Positions 19,040 through 31,715 of a DNA stretch of 64,000 nucleotides are shown here, one piece after another. The notes under the pieces are model-generated. The model had not been told where the DNA came from. It ran no database searches and saw only the letters and a list, made by a program, of their open reading frames with translations. The translations under genes and the position numbers were made by a program. The first letter of the stretch is position 1; every line of letters starts with the position of its first letter. The stretch lies in assembly GCA_945904955.1 (NCBI GenBank), contig CAMDPO010000006.1, positions 6,232-70,231 on the forward strand, in the 5' to 3' direction. Source of the DNA: Rhizobium sp. Q54 (GTDB lineage: Bacteria; Pseudomonadota; Alphaproteobacteria; UBA2966; CAIVPW01).

Positions 19040-19059
19040 GCATGCATCGTAGAGGGAGC

Positions 19060-21657
<2,598 letters not shown>

Positions 21658-21772
21658 CGGTGGCCCCAAAGCTCTCAGGCAGCAGCCTCGCCCCGTCCCG
21701 CCAAGCGGCAACGAGCGCGATTCCTGGAGGGGCCGCGCAAGGTCTCAGGCGGGCACGCCCCCAGGCCAAGCG

Positions 21773-21802
21773 AATATTGGCCCGTGGATGCCGCCACACA
21801 AG
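21773..21802 (-). promoter_or_regulatory. Candidate sigma-32 (RpoH)-type promoter of clpB
   Basis: The minus strand reads CTTG-N18-CCAATATT, about 115 nt upstream of the clpB ATG. This resembles the alphaproteobacterial RpoH consensus CTTG-N17-CYTATNT, but the spacing and the -10 are imperfect. Confidence 0.35.
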
Positions 21803-21888
21803 TACGCACAACCCCGTGCGATCGGCGCGAAATCCTCCCGCGACGCCCGTGCGATGGGCGCCGATGCTGTCGGGGGTCTAGGCCGCGG

Positions 21889-22350
21889 TCAGTTGACCGG
21901 GCCGAACTCCGCGTTCTCGTCGTCGGGATCGCCGTAGCCCTGCTGATCGCCGGGCCGCTGGTTCATTTGGGGCTGGCCGCCGCCATTTTGCGTGCCGTCT
22001 TGCTGGGGGTTTTCGCCGTTCGGGGGGCGACCCTGGCCATTGCCGTTACCCTGCGGGGGCTGCTGCTGGCCGTTGGCGTTGCGCTTCCAACCTGCCGCGC
22101 TCAGCACCCGGTAGTAGTGCTCGGCGTACTGGAGAAATCCTTCGGCGGCGACGCGATCACCGGCCGACTGGGCCTCTCGGGCCAATCCTGTGTAGCGCTC
22201 GTAGAGCTGGTTCGCGTTGCCGCGAACCTTGTTGCCGTCAGGAGTGTTGGATTCGAGCGACCGATTCATCATCGGCGGTTTGCCGCCGCGGTTGTTGGGT
22301 CTGCCGTTACGGGACCGCTTGGAATTATTCCCGCGTCGAATGTTGTCCAT
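21889..22350 (-). CDS. DUF4167 domain protein
   Basis: Central ARQKYERY-type region in MDNIRRGNNSKRSRNGRPNNRGGK...NANQLYERYTGLAREAQSAGDRVAAEGFLQYAEHYYR, followed by a Gln/Asn/Gly-rich tail. Confidence 0.85.
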   Translation of the reverse strand: MDNIRRGNNSKRSRNGRPNNRGGKPPMMNRSLESNTPDGNKVRGNANQLYERYTGLAREAQSAGDRVAAEGFLQYAEHYYRVLSAAGWKRNANGQQQPPQGNGNGQGRPPNGENPQQDGTQNGGGQPQMNQRPGDQQGYGDPDDENAEFGPVN

Positions 22351-22468
22351 GTTGCGCTTATCACCACCCTAACGATGACGTTGGATGCCAAAAATTGTTG
22401 GTTTTGTGTGTATGTCAGGTGGGCACTCCCCCAGCGCCCAAGCCGAACGTACAGCCTCAGTGTCTAGA

Positions 22469-22487
22469 TTTCGCCATCATGGCGAAA
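22469..22487. promoter_or_regulatory. Perfect 19-bp palindrome (candidate operator)
   Basis: TTTCGCCAT-C-ATGGCGAAA, 9-bp arms, about 120 nt upstream of the DUF4167 ATG in an unusually AT-richer intergenic region. Confidence 0.3.
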
Positions 22488-22604
22488 CGCCATCCCGGGT
22501 TCGGAGCCAAGATGTCGGAGGGGGAAAGTCAGCTTCGGTTGGCCAGTCGATTTCGACGGGAACGACCTGAATGCGCTGCCATTTCCACGATCGAGCCTAG
22601 CCCC

Positions 22605-22630
22605 AAGCTTGGTGGTTTCCAAGCTTTTTT
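22605..22630 (+). terminator. Orphan intrinsic-terminator-like hairpin oriented for plus-strand transcripts
   Basis: AAGCTTGG-TGGTTT-CCAAGCTT (perfect 8-bp stem) followed by TTTTCTTC on the + strand. On the - strand no U-tract follows. Confidence 0.45.
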
Positions 22631-22669
22631 CTTCAATATCCGGGGGTTCGTGGCGTCTTTGCCCGCGCC

Positions 22670-23515
22670 TCAGGCGCGGTCGAAACGACCCACCAATGCA
22701 CGCGGGATACCGGAAAGATCGGTGCGTACGGTCACCGGGTCAAGGCCGCTGCGCGCTAAAAGCCGGCCTACCTCTTCTGCCTGGCCCAAGCCAACTTCCA
22801 CCGCCGCGACGCCACCGTGGGCGAGCAAGCGCGACAACAACGGCGTGATGCGACGGTAGGCATCGAGTCCATCGGCGCCGCCGTCGAGCGCGAGACGCGG
22901 ATCGAACGTTGCGACCTCTGGTTCCAGCGCGTCGATGTCGCTGCTGCGCACATACGGCGGATTGCTGACGACCAAGTCGTAGCGAGCGCCGACGGCATCG
23001 TTCCAGTCGCCGACGACGAACTCCGCGCGCCCAGCCAAGCCGAGGTGCTGCGCGTTCTGGCGTGCGGTGGCGACCGCCGCCTCAGAAAGGTCTATGCCGA
23101 CGCCGGTTGCCGTCGGCCACTCGCGCAGCAAGGCGCACAAGATGCAGCCTGAACCGGTGCCGAGATCGAGGATGCGCTGGGGCGGGGCGTCGGGGAACGC
23201 GGCAAGCGCCGCCTCGATGAGGGTTTCGGTATCCGGCCGCGGATCGAGGGTGGCATCAGAGAGGGCGAACTCCATGCCCCAGAACTCGCGGCTGCCGCGA
23301 ATGCGGGCGACGGGCTCGCGCGCCTCCCTACGCACCAACTTATCCACAAAGCGCGCCGATTCTGTGACGGACAAGTGACTCCCGGCGTCGAGCAGCGCCG
23401 GGTGCGCTACCCCCATGGCGTCGGCAAGCAGCAGGCGGGCGTCTCGCCGCGGCGCATCCACACCGGCCGCGCGCAGGCGCTTGGTGGCGTCGCAGATGGC
23501 ATCCGCCACCTTCAC
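22670..23515 (-). CDS. prmC: Release-factor glutamine N5-methyltransferase
   Basis: SAM motif ILDLGTGSG and catalytic VSNPPYV. 4-nt overlap with the prfA stop. Confidence 0.9.
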   Translation of the reverse strand: MKVADAICDATKRLRAAGVDAPRRDARLLLADAMGVAHPALLDAGSHLSVTESARFVDKLVRREAREPVARIRGSREFWGMEFALSDATLDPRPDTETLIEAALAAFPDAPPQRILDLGTGSGCILCALLREWPTATGVGIDLSEAAVATARQNAQHLGLAGRAEFVVGDWNDAVGARYDLVVSNPPYVRSSDIDALEPEVATFDPRLALDGGADGLDAYRRITPLLSRLLAHGGVAAVEVGLGQAEEVGRLLARSGLDPVTVRTDLSGIPRALVGRFDRA

Positions 23516-24603
23516 GCTGCCTTGCCTTCCATCGAAGCGAGACGCTCGGCCTCGTCGTTGGTGACGAGCTCCTGGATGATCTCATCGAGAGAATCGCCGG
23601 CCATTACCTTCTCGATCTGGTGGACCGTAACGTTGATGCGGTGGTCGGTGACGCGCCCCTGCGGGAAGTTGTAGGTGCGGATGCGCTCGGAGCGATCGCC
23701 GGTGCCGACCTGACCTTTGCGCTGGGCGGCGCGCGCCGCATCCTGCTCGGCGCGCTTCGCCTCGTAGAGTCGGGAGAGCAGGATCTTCATCGCCTTGGCG
23801 CGGTTCTTGTGCTGGGACTTCTCGTCCTGCATGGCAACTTGGATGCCGGTCGGCAGATGGGTGATGCGCACGGCAGAGTCCGTCGTGTTGACGGATTGGC
23901 CGCCGGGACCAGACGAGCGATAGACGTCGATGCGCAGGTCCTTGTCGGACACCTGGACGTCAACCTCTTGCGCCTCGGGCAGCACCGCAACCGTCGCGGT
24001 CGATGTGTGGATGCGGCCCTGGGACTCGGTCGCCGGCACGCGCTGGACGCGGTGGACCCCGGACTCGAACTTCATGCGGGCGAAGACCCCGAAGCCCGAG
24101 ATCATCGCCTGGCCCTCCTTGATGCCGCCGCCGTCCTTGGCTTCGTAGGACAACGCTTCGAAGCGCCAGCCGCGCAGCTGGGCGTAGCGCTCGTACATGC
24201 GGAACAGGTCGGCAGCAAACAGGCCCGCCTCGTCACCGCCCGTGCCGGCGCGCACTTCGAGGATGGCGTTGCGCTCGTCCGCCTCGTCCTTGGGCAGGAG
24301 CGCCACCGTGACCTTCTTCTCCAGCTGCTCGCGCTTGGCGCGGCTTTCGTAGAGCTCGGTCTCGGCCATCGCCTTCATCTCGGCGTCGAGGGAGGCATCG
24401 GCCATCAGTTCCTCGGCGCCGGCAACGTCGGCGCGCGCCTTGCGCAGCGCCTCGATGGCCGCGACGACGGGCCCGAGCTCGGCGTATTCCTTGGTGAGCT
24501 TGACGTACTCGGGCCCGCCACCGGCTTGGGTGGTGAGCTGCAATTCGATGGTACGCAGGCGCGCCACCACGGCTTCGAGCTTGTCATCCGGGACGACGGC
24601 CAT
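23512..24603 (-). CDS. prfA: Peptide chain release factor 1
   Basis: PAT-type tripeptide region (RVPATES), GGQ motif ([23 protein letters not shown]), 363 aa. Confidence 0.97.
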   Translation of the reverse strand: MAVVPDDKLEAVVARLRTIELQLTTQAGGGPEYVKLTKEYAELGPVVAAIEALRKARADVAGAEELMADASLDAEMKAMAETELYESRAKREQLEKKVTVALLPKDEADERNAILEVRAGTGGDEAGLFAADLFRMYERYAQLRGWRFEALSYEAKDGGGIKEGQAMISGFGVFARMKFESGVHRVQRVPATESQGRIHTSTATVAVLPEAQEVDVQVSDKDLRIDVYRSSGPGGQSVNTTDSAVRITHLPTGIQVAMQDEKSQHKNRAKAMKILLSRLYEAKRAEQDAARAAQRKGQVGTGDRSERIRTYNFPQGRVTDHRINVTVHQIEKVMAGDSLDEIIQELVTNDEAERLASMEGKAA

Positions 24604-25850
24604 CAGGCGGTCTCCGCCGCGAGGGCGCGGGCCAAATCGGCGAGGGCGACTTCGCGCTGGGCGCCGGAGGCGAGGTCGCGCACCACGCCGACACCCTTCT
24701 TCAGCTCGTCGTCCCCGAGCAGCACGGCCGCCCGCGCCCCGATCTTGTCGGCGCGCTTCATGCGCTTGGAGATATTGCCCGACGCGGCGAGGTCGACGCG
24801 CACGCCAAGCGCACGCAATTCGTGGGCGAGCACGAGGGCCTTCGCCTCGCCCTCAGCGCCGATCGGCACGAGCGCCACGATGCGGCGCGGCGCCTCGAGG
24901 TCGCCCATCAGCATGGCGAGACGCTCGACACCGCCCGCCCAGCCGATGCCGGGCGTCGACGGTCCGCCCATCGATTCGACCAGGCCGTCGTAGCGGCCGC
25001 CGGACATGACCGCGCCCTGGGAGCCGAGCGCACTGGTGACGAACTCGAAGGCGGTATGGCTGTAGTAGTCGAGGCCGCGCACCAGGCGCTGATTGACGAC
25101 GTACTCGACCCCCAGGGCATCGAGGCCGCGGCGCACCGACGCAAAGAATTCGGCCGATCCGCTGTTGAGGGAGTCGGCGAGCATCGGCGCACCCGCGACG
25201 ATCTTACGGTCGCCCTCGTCCTTGGAATCGAGGATGCGCAGCGGATTGCGCTCGAGTCGGGCGAGGCTGTCTTCGGAAAGAAGGCCGGCGTGGCCCGAGA
25301 AGTACTCCACCAAGCGCGCGCGGTACGCGGCGCGGCTCTCGGCGTCGCCGAGGGAGTTGATCTCGAGCTTGGTGTCCTTGCGGATGCCAAGAGCGGTCAG
25401 GATGTCGTGGCCGAGCGCCAGCACCTCGACGTCGGCTTGCGGCTCGGCGATACCGATGCACTCGACGTTGATCTGGTGGAACTGGCGCATGCGTCCCTTC
25501 TGCGGACGCTCGTAGCGGAACAGCGGTCCGTAGGAGAAGAACCGCACCGGCAACTGCTGCGACAATCCTTCGGAGATGAACGAGCGCACCACGCCCGCGG
25601 TGAACTCAGGCCGCAGGGTCACGCTCTCGCCGCCGCGATCGGTGAATGTGTACATCTCCTTGGTGACGACGTCGGACGTGTCACCGAGGGTGCGCTTGAA
25701 TACTTCCGTGAACTCGAATACCGGCGTCGCCATCTCGGCGAAGCCGTACCGCTCGGCGTAGTCGCGCGCGATATCGACGACGCGCCGATGGCGGCGCGCT
25801 TCTTCCGGCAACAAGTCGTGGGTGCCCCGAACGGGCTGCAGCTTGGCCAT
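24603..25850 (-). CDS. hisS: Histidine--tRNA ligase
   Basis: [17 protein letters not shown], class II motifs ([23 protein letters not shown]), C-terminal anticodon-binding domain. Confidence 0.95.
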   Translation of the reverse strand: MAKLQPVRGTHDLLPEEARRHRRVVDIARDYAERYGFAEMATPVFEFTEVFKRTLGDTSDVVTKEMYTFTDRGGESVTLRPEFTAGVVRSFISEGLSQQLPVRFFSYGPLFRYERPQKGRMRQFHQINVECIGIAEPQADVEVLALGHDILTALGIRKDTKLEINSLGDAESRAAYRARLVEYFSGHAGLLSEDSLARLERNPLRILDSKDEGDRKIVAGAPMLADSLNSGSAEFFASVRRGLDALGVEYVVNQRLVRGLDYYSHTAFEFVTSALGSQGAVMSGGRYDGLVESMGGPSTPGIGWAGGVERLAMLMGDLEAPRRIVALVPIGAEGEAKALVLAHELRALGVRVDLAASGNISKRMKRADKIGARAAVLLGDDELKKGVGVVRDLASGAQREVALADLARALAAETA

Positions 25851-26013
25851 GGCGGGAAGCGGCGCTAGTGCGCCGCGGCGAGCAGGGGCGCGGATGCGAC
25901 TGGCGTGGAAACCGGCCGATTGGCTTGGTTCTGGGCGGCTGCGAGCATCGGATTTCCTGTCGCCTGGGGCGAGGCGGGCAATAGGTAGGCCGGGGCCGGG
26001 ACGCGGTCAACCA

Positions 26014-26448
26014 TCAAGGCTGCTGAAGACGCTCGGCGGGCGGCCGATTCATCAGCTCCTGATAGGCCCGCTCGTCGGGCGGCCAGGTGCTTTTGATGTA
26101 GGCGAGAACCGTGGCGATGTCGCGGTCGCTGAGTGTCCCGGCGAAGGCGGGCATGTCCGTTTGATACTGCGGCCCGAGGATCGATTGCGGGCCGTTGCGA
26201 ACGATCTGGAACAGCTGCGCGTCGCTGTGGTGCCAGGTATGGCCGGTGGCATCGTGGGGCGGCGGCGGCCAGCGGCCGTCCGGGAGACGCTGTTGCCAGT
26301 CGGGCGCGCCTTCGAGATTGGCGCCGTGACAGCCCGCACAATGCTCGGCGTAGGTGGCGCGGCCGTCGGATGGCGCCACCAGCGGCCAGAACGAAGCGGC
26401 CAGCACGGCAATGAACGCGAGCGAGGCGTAGAGGGTGCGCTTGCTCAG
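26014..26448 (-). CDS. Monohaem c-type cytochrome downstream of copA (start codon ambiguous: CTG 26448 or GTG 26406)
   Basis: Haem motif CAGCHG plus a distal Met (DMPAF). A complete signal peptide ([26 protein letters not shown]) exists only if translation begins at the CTG overlapping the copA stop. Confidence 0.75.
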   Translation of the reverse strand: MSKRTLYASLAFIAVLAASFWPLVAPSDGRATYAEHCAGCHGANLEGAPDWQQRLPDGRWPPPPHDATGHTWHHSDAQLFQIVRNGPQSILGPQYQTDMPAFAGTLSDRDIATVLAYIKSTWPPDERAYQELMNRPPAERLQQP

Positions 26449-28739
26449 AGCGGCTTGGCCCTTAGGCGCAGGGAGTTGGCGACCACCGAGACACTGGAGA
26501 GCGCCATCGCCAGGCCGGCGAACACGGGCGAGAGCAGCCAGCCGGTGAGCGGGAAGAACACGCCCGCTGCGAGCGGGATGCCGACGACGTTGTAGGCGAA
26601 CGCCCAGAACAGGTTCTGGCGAATGCCCGCCATCGTCAGGCGCGACAGCCGCACGGCCTGGGTGAGGCGGGCGATGTCACCGGCGAGCAACGTGATGCCT
26701 GCGGATTCGATCGCGACGTCGGTGCCGCTGCCCATGGCGATGCCGACGTCCGCTTGGGCAAGCGCAGGAGCGTCGTTGGTGCCGTCGCCCGCGACCGCAA
26801 CCACGCGACCCTCGCGCTGCAGCGCCTGCACGATCGCGCGCTTGTCTTCCGGCAGGACGCCTGCGCGAACTTCCTCGATGCCAACCTGTTCGGCGATGAA
26901 CGCGGCCGTGCGGGCATCGTCGCCGGTCACCATCATCACGCGCAGGCCGAGCCGCTGCAGATCCGCTACGGCGGCGCGCGCATCATCCTTGGGCGCATCG
27001 GCGACGAATATCGTCGCGATCAGCGCCTGCTCGTCGGCGAGCAGAATCGGCGTGCGACCGCGCGCAGCTTCCTGGGCAACGAGAGCGGCATCGACAGCAA
27101 TGCCGCGCTCCTCCATCAGGCGAACATTGCCGGCGAAGTATTCGCGACCCTCGGCCTGGCCGCGCACGCCCCTGCCCTTCAGCGACGCGAAGCCGACGAT
27201 AGGAGCGGGCATGACCTGACTGGCGCCGGCGTGGGCGTTGATGGCGCGCGCGAGCGGATGCTCGGAGCGGCGCTCAAGTCCTGCGAGGATCGCCAGCACG
27301 TCGGTGTCGGGCAGGCTCGAATGGTTGTGGAACGAGACGACCTCGGGCCGCCCCCTGGTGAGGGTGCCGGTCTTGTCGACGAGCAGCACATCGGCGCGGT
27401 GCAGGGTCTCCAGGCTCGCGGCATCGCGGACGAGGATGCCGGCGCGAGCCCCTTTGCCCACACCGACGATGATGGCGGTGGGCGTGGCCAGGCCGAGGGC
27501 GCACGGGCAGGCAATGACGAGCACGCCGACGAAGCAGACCAGACCGAACGACAGCGCCTGTTCAAAGGGCAAGAACAACGAGCCGATGGCAAGCCACGAC
27601 ACGAAGGTCAGCACGGCGAACGCCATCACCAGGGGCACGAACACGGCGGCAACGCGGTTGACCAGAGACTCGATGGGCGCCTTACTCGACTGCGCTTCGG
27701 CGACCATGGCAACGATGCGCGCGAGCAACGTTTCGCCGCCAACCTTGGTGGCAACGAAGGTAAGCGTACCTTCACCGTTCAGGGTACCGCCGGCAACCTT
27801 GGTGCCCGGGGCTTTGGCGACCGGCATCGGCTCCCCGGTCACCATCGATTCGTCTACATGCGATGCGCCGGACACAACGTCCCCATCGACGGGGATGCGT
27901 GCGCCCGGTTTGACGACGACCTGGTCGCCGCCCACGACCTCGGCGATCGGCACCTCGCGCTCGACGCCGTCGCGTACCACTAGCGCAGTCTTGGCTTGCA
28001 GCCCGAGCAATGCAGCGATTGCGTCGCCGGTACGGCGCTTGGCGCGCACCTCCAGGTACTTGCCGAGCGTGATGAAGGCGATGACGACGATGGTGACGTC
28101 GAAGAATGTGTGACCCAGCGCCGCAACTGCCGGCACGGTGTCCTCAAAGGCAATGATGACGACGCTGTAAGCGAATGCGGCGATCGTGCCGATGCCGACG
28201 AGGGTGTCCATGTTGGCATGTCCGCTGCGCGCGAAGCGCGCGACCGCCGCCAGGTACGGCGTGCCGACCACGAACAGCGCATAGGTGGCGAGAAGCGGCA
28301 GCAGGTGATGGAACAACTCCTGCCACACCGGCGGCATGTGTCCGAAAAGGTCCCACGCCATGCCGAAGATGCTGAATGCCGCTAGCGGCACGGCGCTCCA
28401 CGTCTTCTGGCGAAGCGCCTGCAGCTCCGCGTCGGTTTCGACCGCCGCGTGGTCGTGCGCCATTGCCGCGTGGCCGGACGCAGGCGCGGCTTGCGAACTT
28501 GCGGGCGCCGGTACGACGAGGGAATAACCGAGCGGCTCAATCGCCCCGGCAAGGGCTACGGCGTTGGTGACGGCTGGGTCGAACGCCACCTTGGCGGTCT
28601 CCGTGCCGTAGTTGACCTCAGCCCCGTGAACGCCGGGTTGCTTCTTGAGTGTCTTCTCGATGGTCGCGGCGCACGATGCGCAATGCATCCCCTTGATCGG
28701 GAACGTCCGCGTCGACGGTGGCGGGGCCAGCAGATTCAT
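26445..28739 (-). CDS. copA: Copper-translocating P1B-type ATPase
   Basis: N-terminal HMA domain GMHCASC, TM CPC motif ([11 protein letters not shown]), [15 protein letters not shown], 764 aa. Confidence 0.95.
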   Translation of the reverse strand: MNLLAPPPSTRTFPIKGMHCASCAATIEKTLKKQPGVHGAEVNYGTETAKVAFDPAVTNAVALAGAIEPLGYSLVVPAPASSQAAPASGHAAMAHDHAAVETDAELQALRQKTWSAVPLAAFSIFGMAWDLFGHMPPVWQELFHHLLPLLATYALFVVGTPYLAAVARFARSGHANMDTLVGIGTIAAFAYSVVIIAFEDTVPAVAALGHTFFDVTIVVIAFITLGKYLEVRAKRRTGDAIAALLGLQAKTALVVRDGVEREVPIAEVVGGDQVVVKPGARIPVDGDVVSGASHVDESMVTGEPMPVAKAPGTKVAGGTLNGEGTLTFVATKVGGETLLARIVAMVAEAQSSKAPIESLVNRVAAVFVPLVMAFAVLTFVSWLAIGSLFLPFEQALSFGLVCFVGVLVIACPCALGLATPTAIIVGVGKGARAGILVRDAASLETLHRADVLLVDKTGTLTRGRPEVVSFHNHSSLPDTDVLAILAGLERRSEHPLARAINAHAGASQVMPAPIVGFASLKGRGVRGQAEGREYFAGNVRLMEERGIAVDAALVAQEAARGRTPILLADEQALIATIFVADAPKDDARAAVADLQRLGLRVMMVTGDDARTAAFIAEQVGIEEVRAGVLPEDKRAIVQALQREGRVVAVAGDGTNDAPALAQADVGIAMGSGTDVAIESAGITLLAGDIARLTQAVRLSRLTMAGIRQNLFWAFAYNVVGIPLAAGVFFPLTGWLLSPVFAGLAMALSSVSVVANSLRLRAKPL

Positions 28740-28745
28740 ATGTTG

Positions 28746-28776
28746 AACGTAGGCATTCCCCTACCGGGAAGGTCAA
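28746..28776 (-). promoter_or_regulatory. MerR/CueR-type promoter-operator of copA
   Basis: The minus strand reads TTGACC-(19 nt)-TACGTT. The spacer carries the dyad ACCTTCC-N7-GGAATGC, similar to the E. coli PcopA CueR box ACCTTCC-N7-GGAAGGT. The -10 ends 6 nt before the copA ATG. Confidence 0.5.
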
Positions 28777-28797
28777 CTCCGCGAGACTTGTATATGG

Positions 28798-29430
28798 TCA
28801 CGAACGGTGGCGGCGCACGTGCCACCAGACGTACAGGCCGACCAGCGCCAGCCCGGCGAGGACAATGACCACGTCGAACTGCCGGATCACGCCGTGGAAG
28901 ACCGGGTCAGAGTTCCAGCGCTCGCCAAGCGCATACCCGACGTAGGCAAGGCCATAGCACCAGATCCACGAGCCGACGAAGGTGTAGACGTGGAACTTGA
29001 GCTGCGGCATACGCGCCACGCCGGCCGGGAAGGCGATGAAGGTACGAACCACCGGTAACAATCGCGCGATGAACACCGCCGGGCCGCCCCAGCGCGCGAA
29101 GAAGCGATCGGCGACGTCGAGATCATGGTGGCTGATGAGGACGTAGCGGCCCCATCTTTCGGCGAGCGGGCGCCCACCGCGGGCGCCGACCCAGTAGGCA
29201 ACCGCGGAACCAAGGTTGCAGCCGATGGCGCCGGCGGTCGCCGCGCCGATGAGGCTGAACCGCCCGGTCGCCACCAAGTAGCCGGCGAACGGCATGATGA
29301 CTTCGGACGGCAGCGGAATGCAGGCCGACTCGATCGCCATCATGAGCACGACGCCGGGATAGCCGGCTGCGCTGATGGCGGCGGTGATCCACCCCGCCAT
29401 CCAGGCGATCAACGCATCGAGCAGGTGCAC
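28798..29430 (-). CDS. DedA family membrane protein
   Basis: DedA/SNARE-associated signature IESACIPLPSEVIMPFAGY, GRFSLIGAATAGAIGCNLGS, ARLLPVVRTFIAFPAGV. Confidence 0.9.
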   Translation of the reverse strand: MHLLDALIAWMAGWITAAISAAGYPGVVLMMAIESACIPLPSEVIMPFAGYLVATGRFSLIGAATAGAIGCNLGSAVAYWVGARGGRPLAERWGRYVLISHHDLDVADRFFARWGGPAVFIARLLPVVRTFIAFPAGVARMPQLKFHVYTFVGSWIWCYGLAYVGYALGERWNSDPVFHGVIRQFDVVIVLAGLALVGLYVWWHVRRHRS

Positions 29431-29433
29431 GAA

Positions 29434-30579
29434 CTAATGAACGGGCGCGAGGGGGCGAACGGCGTCGGGGGTGGCAGCGGCGTTTGATGCGTCGATCGCA
29501 GCGGCCTTCTGCTCCACCAACTCGACGATGTGGTCCATCAGACGATCGTCGTCGATCTTGTGATCGGCGATGCCGGACAAATAGACCATGTGGTTGCCCT
29601 TGCCGCCGCCGGTAAGACCGACGTCGGTTTCGCGCGCCTCGCCGGGTCCGTTCACCACGCAGCCGACGATCGACAGCGTGACCGGCGTGCGGATATGGGC
29701 GAGACGCTTCTCGAGTTCCTCGACGGTCTTGATGACCGGGAACGCCTGGCGCGCGCAGCTCGGGCACGCGACGATGGTGACGCCGTGGCGGCGCAGGCCG
29801 AGCGCCTTCAGGATCTCATAGCCAGCCTTCACCTCTTCGACCGGGTCGGCGGCGAGGGAGACCCGGATGGTGTCCCCGATGCCGTCCCACAGGAGCGCAC
29901 CCAATCCGATCGCCGACTTCACGGTGCCGGTGCGAAGGGCGCCCGCCTCGGTGACGCCGAGGTGCAGGGGGTAGTCGCATTGTTCGGCGAGCTGGCGATA
30001 GGCGGCAACGGCGAGGAAGACGTCGGACGCCTTCACGCTGATCTTGAACTCGTGGAAGTCGTGGTCCTGCAGCACGCGTGCGTGGCTCATGGCGCTTTCC
30101 ACCAGAGCCTCGGGGCACGGGCTGCGGTACTTTTCCAACAGCTGCGGCTCGAGCGAGCCGGCATTGACGCCGATGCGCATGGAGCAGCCGTGGTCGCGCG
30201 CCGCCCTTACGACTTCGGCGACGCGCTTGTGGCTGCCGATGTTGCCCGGGTTGATGCGCAGGCAGGCGGCGCCAGCCTCGGCCGCTTCGATGGCGCGCTT
30301 ATAGTGGAAGTGGATATCGGCGATGATCGGCACCGGCGAGGCCTGCACGATGGCCTTGAGCGCCGCGGTCGATGCTTCGTCGGGGCACGAGACGCGCACG
30401 AGGTCGGCGCCGGCCTCGGCCAGCGCATTCACCTGGGCGATCGTCGCCTTCACGTCGTGCGTCAGCGTGTTGGTCATCGACTGCACGGTGATGGGCGCGC
30501 CACCGCCGATGGGCACGCCGCCGACGTGGATGCGGCGGGTCGGCCGCCGGGCGATGTCGCGATAGGCACGAACGGTCAT
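29434..30579 (-). CDS. ispG: 4-hydroxy-3-methylbut-2-en-1-yl diphosphate synthase
   Basis: [32 protein letters not shown]-terminal Fe-S cysteines (CPSCAR...GCVVNGPGE). Confidence 0.95.
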   Translation of the reverse strand: MTVRAYRDIARRPTRRIHVGGVPIGGGAPITVQSMTNTLTHDVKATIAQVNALAEAGADLVRVSCPDEASTAALKAIVQASPVPIIADIHFHYKRAIEAAEAGAACLRINPGNIGSHKRVAEVVRAARDHGCSMRIGVNAGSLEPQLLEKYRSPCPEALVESAMSHARVLQDHDFHEFKISVKASDVFLAVAAYRQLAEQCDYPLHLGVTEAGALRTGTVKSAIGLGALLWDGIGDTIRVSLAADPVEEVKAGYEILKALGLRRHGVTIVACPSCARQAFPVIKTVEELEKRLAHIRTPVTLSIVGCVVNGPGEARETDVGLTGGGKGNHMVYLSGIADHKIDDDRLMDHIVELVEQKAAAIDASNAAATPDAVRPLAPVH

Positions 30580-30615
30580 GGACGTCCTGGAAATCCGGGG
30601 TTCTTGGCCCTTTTC

Positions 30616-31715
30616 TTACTCGCTTGGAACCCCGTGCACCAGCAGGGGCAGACCGAGGAAGGCGCCGTAGCTCTTGGCCGCCTGGGCCAATGCCTTGCGC
30701 TCGGGCGCCGAAAGCGGCGCCGATAGCTGAACCGATACCGTGGCTTTCTTGGGGCCGATCCTGCGCTTCCAGCCGCCAACGAGCTGTCCGTCCAGTGTCA
30801 CCAGGTGCGCGAACAGGATGTTGCTTCCCGGAAGCGGGCCGGCGACCCGCGGGTGCACCGCGGCATCCCGCTGCTTGTAGCGATGAAGAGCTCGTCGTAG
30901 TTCGGTGTCAGGCGCACGACCGGACCCCTGGGGCGAACGCCAGGCGGAACGTCGCCGAACCAGTACCTGCGCTCGCCTATCGCTTCCTCGGTGAGGTGCG
31001 CTGCCGCCGCCTCGATGCCGCGCTTGCCATCGGCCTGGGTGATGCCGGACCACCAAGCAAAGTCCGCAAGGGTCGCGGGACCATGACTGGTGAAAAAGCG
31101 GCGCGCGAGTTCCGCAAGCGCCTCATCACGCGACAGCAGCGGCACGGCCGGAGCGCGCTCGTCGAGCAGCGCATAGGTGAAGTGCTTGCCGCGCAGGGCC
31201 CCGCTGCAGAGCAGGCCATCGAGCTCGGCGTGCGAGACGAGATGGACCAGGCGCCGGCCCTCGGCGGCTATGCCGGCGCGCGCCAGTCCTTGTCCGATCT
31301 CCGCGCGTGTCAGTTGGTGGCCGCGCAGCAATTTCGCCAGCACGGTTCGCGTCCGACGCAGCAGCGCCGCGTCGATCTCGAGGTTGCGATCGTAGGGCGC
31401 CAGGATTCGTTTCACGCGCGGGCCGGTGAGCGCCAGCATCCAGCGGATGTCGGCGGGCGCGACGAAGTGCCAAGTCGGCCGCAGCACATGCGTCCGCAGA
31501 ATTTCTCCACTCGCCAGCGCCGCGTCGATGTCGGCTCTGGTTGTGCCCGGCGCACGCTGCCCGAGCGCCCAGCTGGCGCCGGCATAGTCCTGCGCCTGCA
31601 CCCCGCCGAACCAAGCGACCAGGGCCGCCGGCGACAGTGGCCGCTTGTCGAGGAAGCGCTGCGCGACAAGGCGCCGATCGGCGATGGACGGCGGAGCGGT
31701 ACGGGGGTGGGGCAT
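30616..31715 (-). pseudogene. YcaQ-like winged-helix (DUF1006) protein, apparently frame-shifted near 30880
   Basis: The N-part (ORF 30798..31856, ATG 31715) ends ...VRLTPNYDELFIA and then reads nonsense. The expected continuation YKQRDAAVHPR...NILFAHLVTLDGQLVGGWKRR...AAKSYGAFLG is in the ORF 30616..31056 frame. One missing base in ATCGC-TACAAG reconciles the two. Confidence 0.65.

Noticed and set aside
18973-19059. Possible yybP-ykoY (Mn) riboswitch upstream of the TerC-family gene
   Set aside because: Only 87 nt are available and I could not find the conserved GGGGAGUAG-type core. The only structure is a GC hairpin better explained as the clpB terminator.
22395-22859. 154-aa plus-strand ORF bridging the intergenic region and prmC
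   Set aside because: It reads through the terminator-like hairpin and then runs antisense to prmC, with no SD and implausible composition.
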